A DNA stretch of 64,000 nucleotides from Bdellovibrionales bacterium (GTDB lineage Bacteria; Bdellovibrionota; Bdellovibrionia; Bdellovibrionales; JAGQZY01): assembly GCA_031426555.1 (NCBI GenBank), contig JANPLN010000067.1, positions 1 through 64,000 of the forward strand, written 5' to 3'. Each line of letters starts with the position of its first letter. Positions within the stretch are counted from its first letter, which is position 1. The notes under the pieces are model-generated. The model saw nothing but the letters and a program-made list of their open reading frames with translations. It was not told the DNA's origin and searched no databases. Below are positions 48,564 to 59,045 of this stretch, piece after piece. The position numbers were made by a program, and so were the translations under genes.

Positions 48564-49265
48564 GTGTTAACTCTCACTATTTCGACGAGCTCTGCTAAGG
48601 GTTCGCTCTGCCTTGGCGACGGCCAAAATATTCTCGGCCAGCAGTCGTGGCAAAAAAAGACGTCGCACAGCGAGGTTGTCACTCAGACCCTCGAGGAGCT
48701 TCTGCAAAAAGCCGGAGTCGAACTGCAAGATATTCAGCAACTTGTTTGCTCAACGGGGCCAGGAAGCTTTACCGGTCTACGTGTGGGGCTCAGCGTGACT
48801 CGAAGTTTAGCGTATAGTTTGCAAATTCCCATTATCGGCATCAACGATGGCCTTGCGATATCCCTCAACGAACCGGCACCCATGCCCACGGACATTCTCA
48901 CGGTGATCAACGCGCAAAAAAACAAAGTTTTTGCTGGCATCTACAAAAAACATCGCCAACAAACTCAAGAAGTTCTTGCTCCCACTCTGCTTTCCTCTCG
49001 CGAGCTAGAACCACTGCTTACAGAGAGCCATTATCAGGTTATGGGTGATGGAGTTGAGCTGATTAGCGACATTACAGCGCATGAAAATAAATTTTCGCTG
49101 CACAGTCTTGCGACTGCATTTCCCGATGCGACTTTGCTTCACACGTACGTGCAAAAAAATATTTCGAAAATTGCAAAGATCCCCTGGAACCAACTTTTGC
49201 CACTTTACCTCCGAGCTTCGGCAGCTGAGGAAGTGCGTGCTGAAAAATTGAGCAAAAAGACATAA
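48564..49265 (+). CDS. tsaB: tRNA t6A biosynthesis protein TsaB
   Basis: HSE, GPGSFTGLRVG and PLYLR motifs. Confidence 0.92.
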   Translation: MLTLTISTSSAKGSLCLGDGQNILGQQSWQKKTSHSEVVTQTLEELLQKAGVELQDIQQLVCSTGPGSFTGLRVGLSVTRSLAYSLQIPIIGINDGLAISLNEPAPMPTDILTVINAQKNKVFAGIYKKHRQQTQEVLAPTLLSSRELEPLLTESHYQVMGDGVELISDITAHENKFSLHSLATAFPDATLLHTYVQKNISKIAKIPWNQLLPLYLRASAAEEVRAEKLSKKT

Positions 49266-49324
49266 CGCTCCGCGCTCTTTTAATCGTTCCGTCATAGGCC
49301 GCTTATATCCTATGATTAAGGACA

Positions 49325-50065
49325 ATGGGGATAACCACGTTGGACCATTTTATCAATTTTTACGACATTCTTGAGGTAGACCCCAAGGCCACCTCCTTTG
49401 AAGTGTACCAGGCTTATTTAAAGGTCAAAAAAACCTATTCTCTGCGCGACCCGCAAATGTTTAAAAACTTTACCTTCGACGAAATTCAAGAGCTTCTCAC
49501 CATGATCGAAGAAGCCTATTCCACCATCGGCAACGACGAGACCCGGATCGTTTACGACGCCCACTTTTTTAAAATCTATCCTCACCTCAGATCCAAGATC
49601 GGCACCATGGATTTTGACGACAGCCCGAGAGCTGTGCTTGCAAGCACATCACCAACGATGGCACATCAGCCCATCGCCACCGAAGTGCCCATGGAAGCCG
49701 TGAATGCGGTCACCGCCGCGCATGCGGCGCCATTGAACGCTGTTCCTTCAGGCCTGGGCAAAACGTCATTAAGTTCCTACGAAATCGATGAGGCTTTTGA
49801 GGCGCAGATCAGTACGCAGGAATTTTTTGACGGTGTATTTTTAGGAAAAATTCGTAAATACAAAAAAATTAAGATTGAAGATCTCAGTCAGAAAACATGT
49901 ATCAGTCTTAAATATCTCTACGCTATCGAAGATAATAACTACAATGCCCTTCCGGCACCGGTTTTTACGCGTGGATATGTGGTTCAGTATTGCAAATTCT
50001 TAGATCTCGATGCAGATAAAGTGCTTCAAACCTTTATGAAGCTGTATCAAAATGGTCGAGAGTAA
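49325..50065 (+). CDS. J-like domain fused to RodZ-type HTH
   Basis: NFYDILEV…IEEAYSTI..R..YD (no HPD); C-terminal YLYAIED..LPAPVFTRGYV..YCKFL. Confidence 0.75.
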   Translation: MGITTLDHFINFYDILEVDPKATSFEVYQAYLKVKKTYSLRDPQMFKNFTFDEIQELLTMIEEAYSTIGNDETRIVYDAHFFKIYPHLRSKIGTMDFDDSPRAVLASTSPTMAHQPIATEVPMEAVNAVTAAHAAPLNAVPSGLGKTSLSSYEIDEAFEAQISTQEFFDGVFLGKIRKYKKIKIEDLSQKTCISLKYLYAIEDNNYNALPAPVFTRGYVVQYCKFLDLDADKVLQTFMKLYQNGRE

Positions 50066-51038
50066 AACAATAAAACTCACTGTCTCTGAAGATCTTGTAG
50101 GTCTCCGCGCCGATATCGGCCTCGCCAAAGCCGGAGTGTTTAACACCCGTTCGCAGGTCAAAAAAATATTTACCGACAAAAAAGTATATGTGAATGGAAA
50201 ATACATCAAACCCTCGCAGATCTTGCAACTTGGAGACGACATCCAAGTGGAAGTGCCTTTGCAACTCGAGGAATGGCTGGCGCCCTACGACTTCCCTCTC
50301 GATATTTATTATGAAGACGAAGAGGTACTGGTTCTTAACAAGCCTGCCGGTCTTGTTGTGCATCCTGCAGCTGGCCACCGAAACGACACGCTGATCAACG
50401 CCTTGATTGCGCATCATAAAACATTGTCACCAGGCTCGTCTCCCTATCGTCCGGGTTTAGTACATCGAATTGATAAAGACACCAGCGGTTTGTTAGTTCT
50501 CGCCAAAAACGAAAAAACCCACAGCAGTTTGGCAAAACAATTTTTGCGAAAAACCGTTCACAGAGTTTATTGGGCCATTGTCTTTGGATGCCCCAAAGAA
50601 AAAACTGGAACAATCACTTCCTATATTTCTCGAAGCCCCAACGATCGTAAAAAATTTATGGCCACACAGGAAGCTGACGGGGAAAAAAAAGGCTTTAAGC
50701 ACGCCATCACTCACTACGAAGTTTTGCAAACAACTGGAGCCATGAGTTTAGTTCAGTTAAAACTCGAAACAGGCCGTACGCACCAGATTCGCGTGCACAT
50801 GTCGTCCATCGCACATCCTATTGCGGGCGACGACACCTACGGGGGCAAAAAACGCGCAAACTCTTTAGCCTCGCAGCAACTTAAAAAATTGATTTTAGAA
50901 ATGCCACGCTTCGCCCTGCACGCCAAGGAACTCGGCTTCACGCACCCCGTAAAACAAGAACGTATGACATTTAACTCTGCCTGGCCCGACGACCTTCGCG
51001 AGCTAGCAAAACTCTCACACCTTGAGGTGCCGCAGTGA
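50052..51038 (+). CDS. rluD: RluA/RluD-family pseudouridine synthase
   Basis: S4 domain, NKPAGLVVHP, VHRIDKDTSG and ETGRTHQIRVH; upstream of pgeF. Confidence 0.9.
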   Translation: MVESKTIKLTVSEDLVGLRADIGLAKAGVFNTRSQVKKIFTDKKVYVNGKYIKPSQILQLGDDIQVEVPLQLEEWLAPYDFPLDIYYEDEEVLVLNKPAGLVVHPAAGHRNDTLINALIAHHKTLSPGSSPYRPGLVHRIDKDTSGLLVLAKNEKTHSSLAKQFLRKTVHRVYWAIVFGCPKEKTGTITSYISRSPNDRKKFMATQEADGEKKGFKHAITHYEVLQTTGAMSLVQLKLETGRTHQIRVHMSSIAHPIAGDDTYGGKKRANSLASQQLKKLILEMPRFALHAKELGFTHPVKQERMTFNSAWPDDLRELAKLSHLEVPQ

Positions 51039-51703
51039 TCCCACTTTCCCCTCTGCACGGCACATATATTGACGATGGCGAATTTGAGATTTTTTTTGGC
51101 AACAAGGAGTTTTCTGCAATCGTGGAATCTTCCAAGGATTCCTCGCTATGTTTACTTCATCAAGTTCATGGGGCGGAGTGTGTCGAAGCCATCACTCAGC
51201 AAAAACCTTCGGCGGATGCGCAGTGGACAACGGATTCACAAAAACAACTTCTTATAAAATCAGCTGACTGTCTCCCCATCATCGTGACGTCTTCGAGTCG
51301 TAAGCAAATTTGGGCCATTCATGCTGGCTGGCGTGGAGTCGAACAGAAAATTACTACGCATGCTTTAAAGCCATTTGCTCTCGATACTTCTTTGAAGGTT
51401 TACATCGGCCCGCACATTCAGCAGGATAGTTTTGCCGTCGATCACGACGTTGCTGTAAGAATTCTTTCTGCCCATGATTTGGATTTAGATAAAGCCAGCG
51501 CCCTTGGAATCCTTATCGAGCGCGAAAACAAATACTATATTGATTTGGTGGCCTTGGTGTTCGGCGAACTCGAAAATTTACAGATACAGTCCTCCCACGT
51601 CTCCGTAAGTCCCGTGGATACCAAAACCAACCCCAACTATTTTTCCTTCCGTCGAGGAGACACTGGCGTCCGCAATTACAGCCTGGTGCGATTTAAGAGC
51701 TAA
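51035..51703 (+). CDS. pgeF: YfiH/PgeF family protein
   Basis: QVHG, ADCLP, HAGWRG, GPHI and FSFRR motifs. Confidence 0.9.
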   Translation: MIPLSPLHGTYIDDGEFEIFFGNKEFSAIVESSKDSSLCLLHQVHGAECVEAITQQKPSADAQWTTDSQKQLLIKSADCLPIIVTSSSRKQIWAIHAGWRGVEQKITTHALKPFALDTSLKVYIGPHIQQDSFAVDHDVAVRILSAHDLDLDKASALGILIERENKYYIDLVALVFGELENLQIQSSHVSVSPVDTKTNPNYFSFRRGDTGVRNYSLVRFKS

Positions 51704-51709
51704 ATCTAA

Positions 51710-52324
51710 TTATTGAAAAAACAGATAATATTGATTGTGATTATACTTCTTTAAAAAGAAATACTTTTTAGAGGGATCTTTCATTTTGCGGAGCGAATCG
51801 CGAATGGAAATGGCGCGAATGCATTTTTCGTCGAGCCGCTGCATGGACTCACACTCTTTGGGATAGGGTTCGTTGGGCGAAAACTGACTTACTGACAAAC
51901 GAAATACAATGGAATTTTCCTCCGCCAACTGCTTAGCAAAAAACTCTTTGTAGAGTTTTTCGGTTTGCGCAGTTTCATCCAAAAACACACAGTGCTTGTC
52001 GCACTCTTCCTCGACGACACGAACTTGGTATTCACCTACGGGTGTTGTTTTCGTCTCTCTAAGAAGCTCTACTAAAATTTCGCGCGCAGCAGCTGACTGA
52101 TTTGTGTCTGAATCCTCTTTGATCGAGTAAATCAGCCACTTTTTTGATTGAAGCTCTGGAAACAATCTCGCCGCTAAAGCCACAGCCACCTGCCTCGACG
52201 AATAGAATTCTGAAGGCTTGATCAGCGTCGCCACGCGCAGACTTATACCTCGAGTGACCAGGGAGATCATAACAGCGGCGATGACCAGGACCATTGCAAT
52301 AATGCCTAAAGTGACTTTTTTCAT
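51710..52324 (-). CDS. Membrane-anchored hypothetical protein
   Basis: N-terminal TM (MKKVTLGIIAMVLVIAAV) and two Cys pairs. Confidence 0.7.
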   Translation of the reverse strand: MKKVTLGIIAMVLVIAAVMISLVTRGISLRVATLIKPSEFYSSRQVAVALAARLFPELQSKKWLIYSIKEDSDTNQSAAAREILVELLRETKTTPVGEYQVRVVEEECDKHCVFLDETAQTEKLYKEFFAKQLAEENSIVFRLSVSQFSPNEPYPKECESMQRLDEKCIRAISIRDSLRKMKDPSKKYFFLKKYNHNQYYLFFQ

Positions 52325-52429
52325 TGCTGGCAGATGACCAGATAACTGCTTGAAATTCCACAGTTGACGCATTCTGCCTATCGGCTTTTTTGAAAGAGGC
52401 GTAAAACCTCAACAACAGAGGACTTGATC

Positions 52430-53158
52430 ATGAACCGACAGGTACCCACAAATTATTATTTGCTTATCGGCCGTGGACGTCTTGCCACGCATCTCGCCGC
52501 TTACTTCGAATTTAAGAACATTCCTTTTTTGCAATGGTCCCGCGTGGATGCTCTAGATGATCTTAAAAAATTTATTCTGCTGAGCAAGCGCACATTCCTC
52601 GCCATCTCCGACGACGCCATCGAACCGTTTATCACCACCCACCAGCTTCCACGCGAAAAAACTGTTCATTTTTCGGGAGCTCTTTCCACTCCACTCGCAT
52701 TTCAACTTCACCCGCTAATGACTTTTGTCAAAGAGCTTTACGAAAAAGAAACTTACGAAAGCATGGCGTTTGTTTCGGCGACTTCGGCGTTTGCAAACAA
52801 CTCTCCAACCTTAAACGAATTGATCCCTGAACTTTCAAATAAACATTATTTTATTCCCGAAGGCCGCGAAGCTTTTTATCATGCCCTTTGTGTGCTCTCT
52901 GGCAACGGCACAACCCTTTTGTGGCAAGCCGCCATCGAACAATTTCAAAAAACCTTGGGACTGCCAGCCGAAGCGGTATGGCCCTACCTCGAACAAATTA
53001 TTTTTAACTTACAAAAAAATCCAGCCACGGCTCTCACGGGACCGTGGGCTCGTAACGATCGCAAAACAATTTTAAAAAATGAGCGAGCCCTGCAAAGTAC
53101 AGCGCTAGGTACTTTGTATCAATCATTCCAAGGAGTTTATCATGAAGACCGTACTTGA
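52430..53158 (+). CDS. Rossmann-like/DUF2520 protein (PanG-type ketopantoate reductase candidate)
   Basis: IGRGRLA, DDAI, HFSGA, HPLMTF, YHA and LTGP..RND motifs; first gene of the pan operon. Confidence 0.75.
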   Translation: MNRQVPTNYYLLIGRGRLATHLAAYFEFKNIPFLQWSRVDALDDLKKFILLSKRTFLAISDDAIEPFITTHQLPREKTVHFSGALSTPLAFQLHPLMTFVKELYEKETYESMAFVSATSAFANNSPTLNELIPELSNKHYFIPEGREAFYHALCVLSGNGTTLLWQAAIEQFQKTLGLPAEAVWPYLEQIIFNLQKNPATALTGPWARNDRKTILKNERALQSTALGTLYQSFQGVYHEDRT

Positions 53159-53933
53159 TTTTGCCAAAAAGAAGCAGCTGGACAGCAAGTTTTCCATGGT
53201 CACCTGTTACGATTTTTGGAGTGCGCAAATTCTTGCGGCCTCCGACATCGACTGCATTTTGGTGGGCGACAGCGCAGCCATGGTGATGCACGGTCACGAC
53301 TCCACAGTCCCCATGGACATCAAGACCATGGCGGCCCATGTATCGGCGGTAAAAAAAGGCGCCCCCGAAAAATTTATCATCGCCGACATGCCTTTTCTCA
53401 CCCATCGCAAGGGCACCAAGTACACCATGGATTGTGTTGAGCAGCTGATGCGCGCCGGAGCGAACTCGGTAAAAATCGAAGCACAGCCCGGGCACGAAAA
53501 AATCATCAAGCATGTTGTGGATTCTGGCGTTCCTGTGATGGGTCACATTGGCTTGACGCCGCAGTTTGTTCACCAGCTGGGCGGGTACAAGGTTCAGGGG
53601 CGAGACACCTCTTCAGCATTGCGACTCATGGCACTTGCAAAAATTCTTGAAGAGGCGGGTTGCTTCTCGCTTGTTCTGGAATGCATTCCAGAGCTGCTGG
53701 CTAAAAAGATCACGGCGCAGTTGCAAATTCCAACGATCGGTATTGGCTCAGGCAACAATACGGACGGCCAGGTGCTTGTTCTGCAAGATCTATTGGGCTG
53801 CCAAAAAACTTTTCAACCAAAATTTGTACGCCATTATACCAACTTATACGAAATCATTTTAGGCGCGGTGAATTCCTATCACAAAAGTGTGGCACAAAAT
53901 GACTTTCCCTCTGAAAAAGAAGTTTATCAGTAA
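53142..53933 (+). CDS. panB: Ketopantoate hydroxymethyltransferase
   Basis: ILVGDS, ADMPF, GHIGLTPQ and DGQVLV motifs. Confidence 0.97.
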   Translation: MKTVLDFAKKKQLDSKFSMVTCYDFWSAQILAASDIDCILVGDSAAMVMHGHDSTVPMDIKTMAAHVSAVKKGAPEKFIIADMPFLTHRKGTKYTMDCVEQLMRAGANSVKIEAQPGHEKIIKHVVDSGVPVMGHIGLTPQFVHQLGGYKVQGRDTSSALRLMALAKILEEAGCFSLVLECIPELLAKKITAQLQIPTIGIGSGNNTDGQVLVLQDLLGCQKTFQPKFVRHYTNLYEIILGAVNSYHKSVAQNDFPSEKEVYQ

Positions 53934-53954
53934 AAATTTTATCAGTAAGGATTT

Positions 53955-54710
53955 ATGAAGATTGTAACCTCTCCACGAGAAATGCAGAAGATTTTAAAAA
54001 CCATGGCTCCACCGAGCATTGGGTTTGTTCCCACCATGGGAGCCCTCCACGAAGGACACCTTTCTTTGGTGAAAACTAGCCGGGAGCACAATTTGGTTTC
54101 TGTGGTGAGCATTTTTGTAAATCCCACTCAATTTGATAACCCAGAAGATCTCGAAAAATATCCCCGCACTTTGGAACAAGATCAAAAGCTTCTCGAAGAA
54201 GCCAATGTGGATTTTCTATTTTTACCGAACGCCGCCGAAATGTACCAGGATCAGTTTAACTATTCGGTTGGCGAAAAAGAAAAAAACGCAATTCTTTGTG
54301 GATCCTCTCGCCCCGGTCATTTTTCGGGTGTGCTTACCGTGGTGTTAAAGCTTTTACAAATCATCCAACCCACTCGAGCTTATTTTGGCGAAAAAGACTT
54401 TCAACAGGTGACCCTCGTTCGCGGTATGGTGGATGCGTTTTTTATTACCACAGAAATTGTCACGGTCTCCACCCAACGTGATGAGGCTGGCTTAGCTCTT
54501 AGCTCTCGAAATCGCAGGCTATCGGGTGACGGAATCAAAAAAGCGCAGACCTTCGCAAAAATCCTAAAAACAGCACCTTCAATTCAGTGGGCCGCCGACG
54601 AACTCAAAGCCAATGATATAGAAATTGACTATTTAGAAGACCATTGGGGGCGACGCTTTGCTGCCGTTTCCATCGAAAACGTAAGGCTGATTGATAATGT
54701 CCCTCTCTAA
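53955..54710 (+). CDS. panC: Pantoate--beta-alanine ligase
   Basis: PTMGALHEGH, FVNPTQF, RPGHF, FGEKDFQQ and LSSRN motifs. Confidence 0.97.
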   Translation: MKIVTSPREMQKILKTMAPPSIGFVPTMGALHEGHLSLVKTSREHNLVSVVSIFVNPTQFDNPEDLEKYPRTLEQDQKLLEEANVDFLFLPNAAEMYQDQFNYSVGEKEKNAILCGSSRPGHFSGVLTVVLKLLQIIQPTRAYFGEKDFQQVTLVRGMVDAFFITTEIVTVSTQRDEAGLALSSRNRRLSGDGIKKAQTFAKILKTAPSIQWAADELKANDIEIDYLEDHWGRRFAAVSIENVRLIDNVPL

Positions 54711-55881
54711 CAAAAATATTCTTATCGGCATTTCGGGCTCCATCGCCACTTATAAAGTGTGCGAATTGATCTCAAAGCTTAAAAAACAAAATGCCAACGT
54801 CAAAACCATTGCCACCGACTCCGCATTGCAATTTGTCGGCAAGGCCACCATTGAAGGTTTGTCAGGAAATCCCGTTGTCACATCGGACTTTACCGATGGT
54901 CAGATGATGGCACACATTCAACTCGCCAAGTGGGCCGATGTTTTTATCATCGCACCCGCTACAGCGCAAACCGTCAACAGCTTATGTGCCGGCACCGGGC
55001 ACTCACCGTTGATCTCTACTTACCTGGCTTATGATTTAAAAAAACCACTGCTTGTAGCTCCGGCAATGAACACGCAAATGCTGTTTCATCCAACTACACA
55101 ACAGGCGTTCAAGCAGCTTTCCGCCTGGGGCTTGCGAATTCTTTCCTCGGACTCAGGCGATTTGGCCTGTGGGGATGTGGGAGAGGGTCGCCTTTTAGAA
55201 CCTGACGTTTTATTCAACGAGATTCGCGCCGCCCTCTTCCCCACGTCAAAGCTGTCTATATTGATTACTGCTGGCGGCACCAAAGTTCCCATCGATTCCG
55301 TACGCGCCATCACTAATACCAGTACGGGGCGAACCGGCACTTTGTTGGCTGAGTACTTTTCAAAAAGACACTATTCGGTAGAATTGTTATTGAGCAAAGA
55401 TGCCGAGGCTCCGGTCTTTACTAAAAACGTCGAGCGCTTTGAAACGTATTCTGATCTTTCAAAAATGCTCGAAGATAAGCTCAGAAAAAATAAATACGAC
55501 TTGGTTATCCACTCCGCGGCAGTGAGCGATTTTGCTGTGGAAAGCATCGATGGAAAAAGTAAAATTCCCTCAGGCTCAAGCTTGGTTTTGAATCTTCATC
55601 CCACCGAAAAAATTATTGCCAAGATTAAAACCTGGAATCAAAACTGTAAGCTGATAGGGTTTAAACTCACCGATACGCCTAGCGAAGAAAACCGTCAGCA
55701 TGCTATTAAAAAACTATTCACCCAATCAGCGGATTGGGTAATTCACAACGATCTTTCGCAAATCACAGAAAATTCGCATCAATTTCAGCTTTTCGACGCT
55801 AAAAAGAAAATTGCAGTTTGCAATCAAAAGCAGGAATTAGGTCCGCTGATCGAAAATTCCATTTTGAAGGAGCTCTTATGA
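54697..55881 (+). CDS. coaBC: Bifunctional PPC decarboxylase / PPC synthetase
   Basis: [34 protein letters not shown] and AAVSDF motifs. Confidence 0.95.
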   Translation: MSLSNKNILIGISGSIATYKVCELISKLKKQNANVKTIATDSALQFVGKATIEGLSGNPVVTSDFTDGQMMAHIQLAKWADVFIIAPATAQTVNSLCAGTGHSPLISTYLAYDLKKPLLVAPAMNTQMLFHPTTQQAFKQLSAWGLRILSSDSGDLACGDVGEGRLLEPDVLFNEIRAALFPTSKLSILITAGGTKVPIDSVRAITNTSTGRTGTLLAEYFSKRHYSVELLLSKDAEAPVFTKNVERFETYSDLSKMLEDKLRKNKYDLVIHSAAVSDFAVESIDGKSKIPSGSSLVLNLHPTEKIIAKIKTWNQNCKLIGFKLTDTPSEENRQHAIKKLFTQSADWVIHNDLSQITENSHQFQLFDAKKKIAVCNQKQELGPLIENSILKELL

Positions 55882-56693
55882 TTTTGTGTCTTGATGTGGG
55901 GAACACCCAAATTCACGGCGGGGTTTTTGATAAAGACAAGCTTGTGTTCCAATTCCGAAAAACCTCAAAAGACCAGTCGTCGTCTGATGAATTTGGTTTA
56001 TTTTTAAAAGCGATCTTGCGCGAAAACGGCGTGGACCCCGAAAAAATAACCCAAATTGCCTTTTGCTCTGTGGTTCCCAGCGTGATGCATTCCCTGCGCG
56101 GTGCTTGCACCAAGTACTTCAAGCTTCAGCCATTTATTTTGCAAACCGGTGTTAAAACTGGATTGCGAATTAAGTACAAAAACCCATCCGAAGTGGGCAG
56201 CGATCGAATCGCCAATACAATTGCAGCGACTCATCTTTACCCTTCACAAAATATTATCATTGTGGACTTTGGAACCGCCACCACAGTTTGCGTGATCACG
56301 AAAGACAAAGATTATTTGGGTGGCGCGATTCTCCCAGGAATTCGTATCTCCATGGAAGCATTGGAAAGCAAAACAGCAAAACTCCCGCGCGTGGAGATTA
56401 TGAAAAAAGACGAGGTGGTCGGGCAAACTACCGTGGACAGCATGCAGATTGGTTTGTACTACGGCCAAATGGGAATGGTGCGTGAGATTGTAGCCCGTTC
56501 CAAAGCCGAAGCGTTTCCCAACGAGGAGTGTTTGGTGATCGGCACAGGCGGATTCTCCACCTTGTTCGACAAAACAAACACCTTCGATCTCGCCATACCC
56601 GATCTCGCTCTCAGAGGATTATTTTTATCATTAAAATTGAACACATTAAAAGAGGTCAAAGATGTCAATGTCAGTAACCCTGCTCAAATCTAA
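55878..56693 (+). CDS. coaX: Type III pantothenate kinase
   Basis: [27 protein letters not shown] and TGG motifs; AGGAG RBS before ATG 55878. Confidence 0.95.
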   Translation: MILCLDVGNTQIHGGVFDKDKLVFQFRKTSKDQSSSDEFGLFLKAILRENGVDPEKITQIAFCSVVPSVMHSLRGACTKYFKLQPFILQTGVKTGLRIKYKNPSEVGSDRIANTIAATHLYPSQNIIIVDFGTATTVCVITKDKDYLGGAILPGIRISMEALESKTAKLPRVEIMKKDEVVGQTTVDSMQIGLYYGQMGMVREIVARSKAEAFPNEECLVIGTGGFSTLFDKTNTFDLAIPDLALRGLFLSLKLNTLKEVKDVNVSNPAQI

Positions 56694-57024
56694 AATTCAT
56701 CGCGCGACAGTCACCGACGCCAACCTGGAATACGAAGGCTCCGTTTCCATCTGTCCAAAATTGATCGAAGCGGCAAAACTTTTGATCCATGAACAGATCG
56801 ATGTTTACAACTGTAACAACGGCGAACGCTTCACAACTTATGTGATCAAAGGCAAAGAGGGCGAAATCTGTTTAAACGGTGCCGCTGCTCGCAAGGTGCA
56901 AAAAGGCGATCTTGTGATACTAGCGACGTATGCAAGCATGCCCGACACCGAAGCCTTCGAATTTAAACCCTCAGTTGTGATGGTGACTTCACGCAACGAA
57001 GTCAAAAACCTCCACCGCCCGTAA
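56662..57024 (+). CDS. panD: Aspartate 1-decarboxylase
   Basis: [14 protein letters not shown] cleavage site, NGERFTTY and LNGAAAR. Confidence 0.96.
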   Translation: MSMSVTLLKSKIHRATVTDANLEYEGSVSICPKLIEAAKLLIHEQIDVYNCNNGERFTTYVIKGKEGEICLNGAAARKVQKGDLVILATYASMPDTEAFEFKPSVVMVTSRNEVKNLHRP

Positions 57025-57089
57025 TAGTTACCTAGTACATAGAAGGGATTCAGTGAAATGAAGGCAGCGATGAAACATGAGGATATAAT

Positions 57090-57557
57090 TTAAGTTCTCG
57101 TCAAAGCGAAATCGTCTTTTTTCACAACGCTGATTTGGCCTGTTTCTTCGAGTGTGGCGATTTCAACGTCCGAGATTTCTTTAATACCTGCTTTCCTCAT
57201 ACCAGCCTGTACATCTTCCTTCGTCACACCTTCTTTCTTTAAGTTTTCTTCGATAAATGCACCCGACCGGACAAGCTCTGATGGAGATCCTCGCACCAGG
57301 TCGCGTAATTTGGGAAAGCGGTTCCCCAAGTAGGTTCCCAAAAAGTGAAGCCCACTCACAACAACGATAAATAAAATGACATTTGTAACACCTTTGTGTT
57401 GGCACTCCTGCTGAATGGCTACTGCAATAGAGATCAAAATTACCAAATCGAATGTTGTCACCTGACCCGAATGGCGTTTACCAAACACCCTAAATATTCC
57501 AATTATGCTAAAGTAAAAAATTGCGGCGTGAAATATTTTTATCAAATAATCGTTCAT
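57090..57557 (-). CDS. DUF421 (YetF-like) membrane protein
   Basis: GKR..Q.TTFDLV, G.P..LV..G and LEETGQISV motifs. Confidence 0.88.
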   Translation of the reverse strand: MNDYLIKIFHAAIFYFSIIGIFRVFGKRHSGQVTTFDLVILISIAVAIQQECQHKGVTNVILFIVVVSGLHFLGTYLGNRFPKLRDLVRGSPSELVRSGAFIEENLKKEGVTKEDVQAGMRKAGIKEISDVEIATLEETGQISVVKKDDFALTRT

Positions 57558-57769
57558 AACTTTAGTTCCTTTAAACAGCCTCACGGCGCCAAGTCTTCTT
57601 GCCGGATACAATGTTGCTTCCGCTTTTCTTGAAAATCAAAAAGAGCAATATGGAGTCCAACTTTCTGGTGCTTTTTGGCTAGGAAATAAAACATTACTCA
57701 GGTGCTTTGCTGGGTAATATTGTACGCCATGTGTACTATTTGAACGTTACACTTCATCTACCGGTCTAT

Positions 57770-58678
57770 TTAAAAATCGCCGGCGAGAGACAGGCGTGAG
57801 ACGAGGGGGCGGCCAAGCTGTTTGGTCATCCACTCTGTGGTTTTGATGAGTTTATCAAGATCGAGACCTGTGCGATAGCCCATGCCTTCGAGCAAGTACA
57901 CAACGTCTTCAGTCGCCACGTTGCCAGCAGCTCCTGGAGCGTAGGGGCAGCCACCCAACCCGCCAATACTGGAATCAAACACCGTTACACCAAAACGCAG
58001 ACTTTCCGCAATATTCGCTAAAGCTGTTCCACGCGTGTCGTGAAAGTGCATAGCGGTTTTAGTTATCCATTTATTTTTTTGAATCTGCTGCAAAAGTTCT
58101 TTCACCTGCTTGGGTGTGGCAACACCTATGGTGTCTCCGATGGAGAGCTCGTAAATGCCAAGCTCAAAAAATCGCTCGATCACGCCCATGGCTTGCTTTA
58201 CTGAAATTCGCCCCTCATACGGGCACCCAAAAGCCGTACTCACATAGCCACGCACGCGAATTCGATCGCTCTTTGCGTTTTCCAAAACCTCGGAAAACTT
58301 TTTAAAGGAGTCATTGACGGAGCTATTGATGTTACGTTGTGAAAAGGTTTCGGAGACGGCTCCAAAGATAGCAACCTCTTTCACACCGACAGCCACCGCT
58401 TGATCATAGCCCATTAAATTGGGAACTAGCGCACTCCAGCGAACAGCTGATGATATTTTATTACTTTTTTGCGCCTTAAAAAGTTTCTGAATCAAAGTAC
58501 CTGAGTCTGCCATTTGTGGGACCCACTTTGGCGAAACAAAAGCTCCCGCTTCGATTCTTTTAAGGCCGGCCCCGGCAAGTCGCTTTGCAAACTCATAACG
58601 CTGTTCTTGCGTTAGATGGACGGCTTCGTTTTGTAAACCATCACGCATTCCAACTTCGACGATCTCGACCTTACTCAT
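57770..58678 (-). CDS. liuE: Hydroxymethylglutaryl-CoA lyase
   Basis: EVGMRDGLQNE, HFHDTRG and GLGGCPYAPGAAGNVATED motifs. Confidence 0.93.
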   Translation of the reverse strand: MSKVEIVEVGMRDGLQNEAVHLTQEQRYEFAKRLAGAGLKRIEAGAFVSPKWVPQMADSGTLIQKLFKAQKSNKISSAVRWSALVPNLMGYDQAVAVGVKEVAIFGAVSETFSQRNINSSVNDSFKKFSEVLENAKSDRIRVRGYVSTAFGCPYEGRISVKQAMGVIERFFELGIYELSIGDTIGVATPKQVKELLQQIQKNKWITKTAMHFHDTRGTALANIAESLRFGVTVFDSSIGGLGGCPYAPGAAGNVATEDVVYLLEGMGYRTGLDLDKLIKTTEWMTKQLGRPLVSRLSLAGDF

Positions 58679-59045
58679 TGATTTCCTTGAGTTGAACTAG
58701 CAAGTCACCTAAAGCCACCTGTTGGCCGGCTGTGCACGGACGCGTGGCGACCGTGCCAACAATCGACGCCTTTAACGAATACTCCATTTTCATAGCCTCC
58801 ATAACAATCAACGTTTGCCCGGGCACAACTTTGTCGCCAGCTCCGCACATCACCTTGATAATTTTTCCAGGCATGGGCGCACGAATGCGAGAGGGATCCG
58901 CCTCTTGCTGCTGCTGTTTACCAGCGCGCTTGTTTTGCACCTCCACCGAACGCGTTTGCCCGTTCATATGGATCCATATATGCGTTGCTGTTCGCAGCAC
59001 AGTGGCTTTGAGACGCTCGTTTTCTACAGTGACTGGTAATTTCAT
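58671..59045 (-). CDS. Biotin carboxyl carrier subunit of acyl-CoA (methylcrotonyl-CoA) carboxylase
   Basis: APMPG and EAMKME; ATGA overlap with the upstream biotin carboxylase. Confidence 0.9.
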   Translation of the reverse strand: MKLPVTVENERLKATVLRTATHIWIHMNGQTRSVEVQNKRAGKQQQQEADPSRIRAPMPGKIIKVMCGAGDKVVPGQTLIVMEAMKMEYSLKASIVGTVATRPCTAGQQVALGDLLVQLKEINE

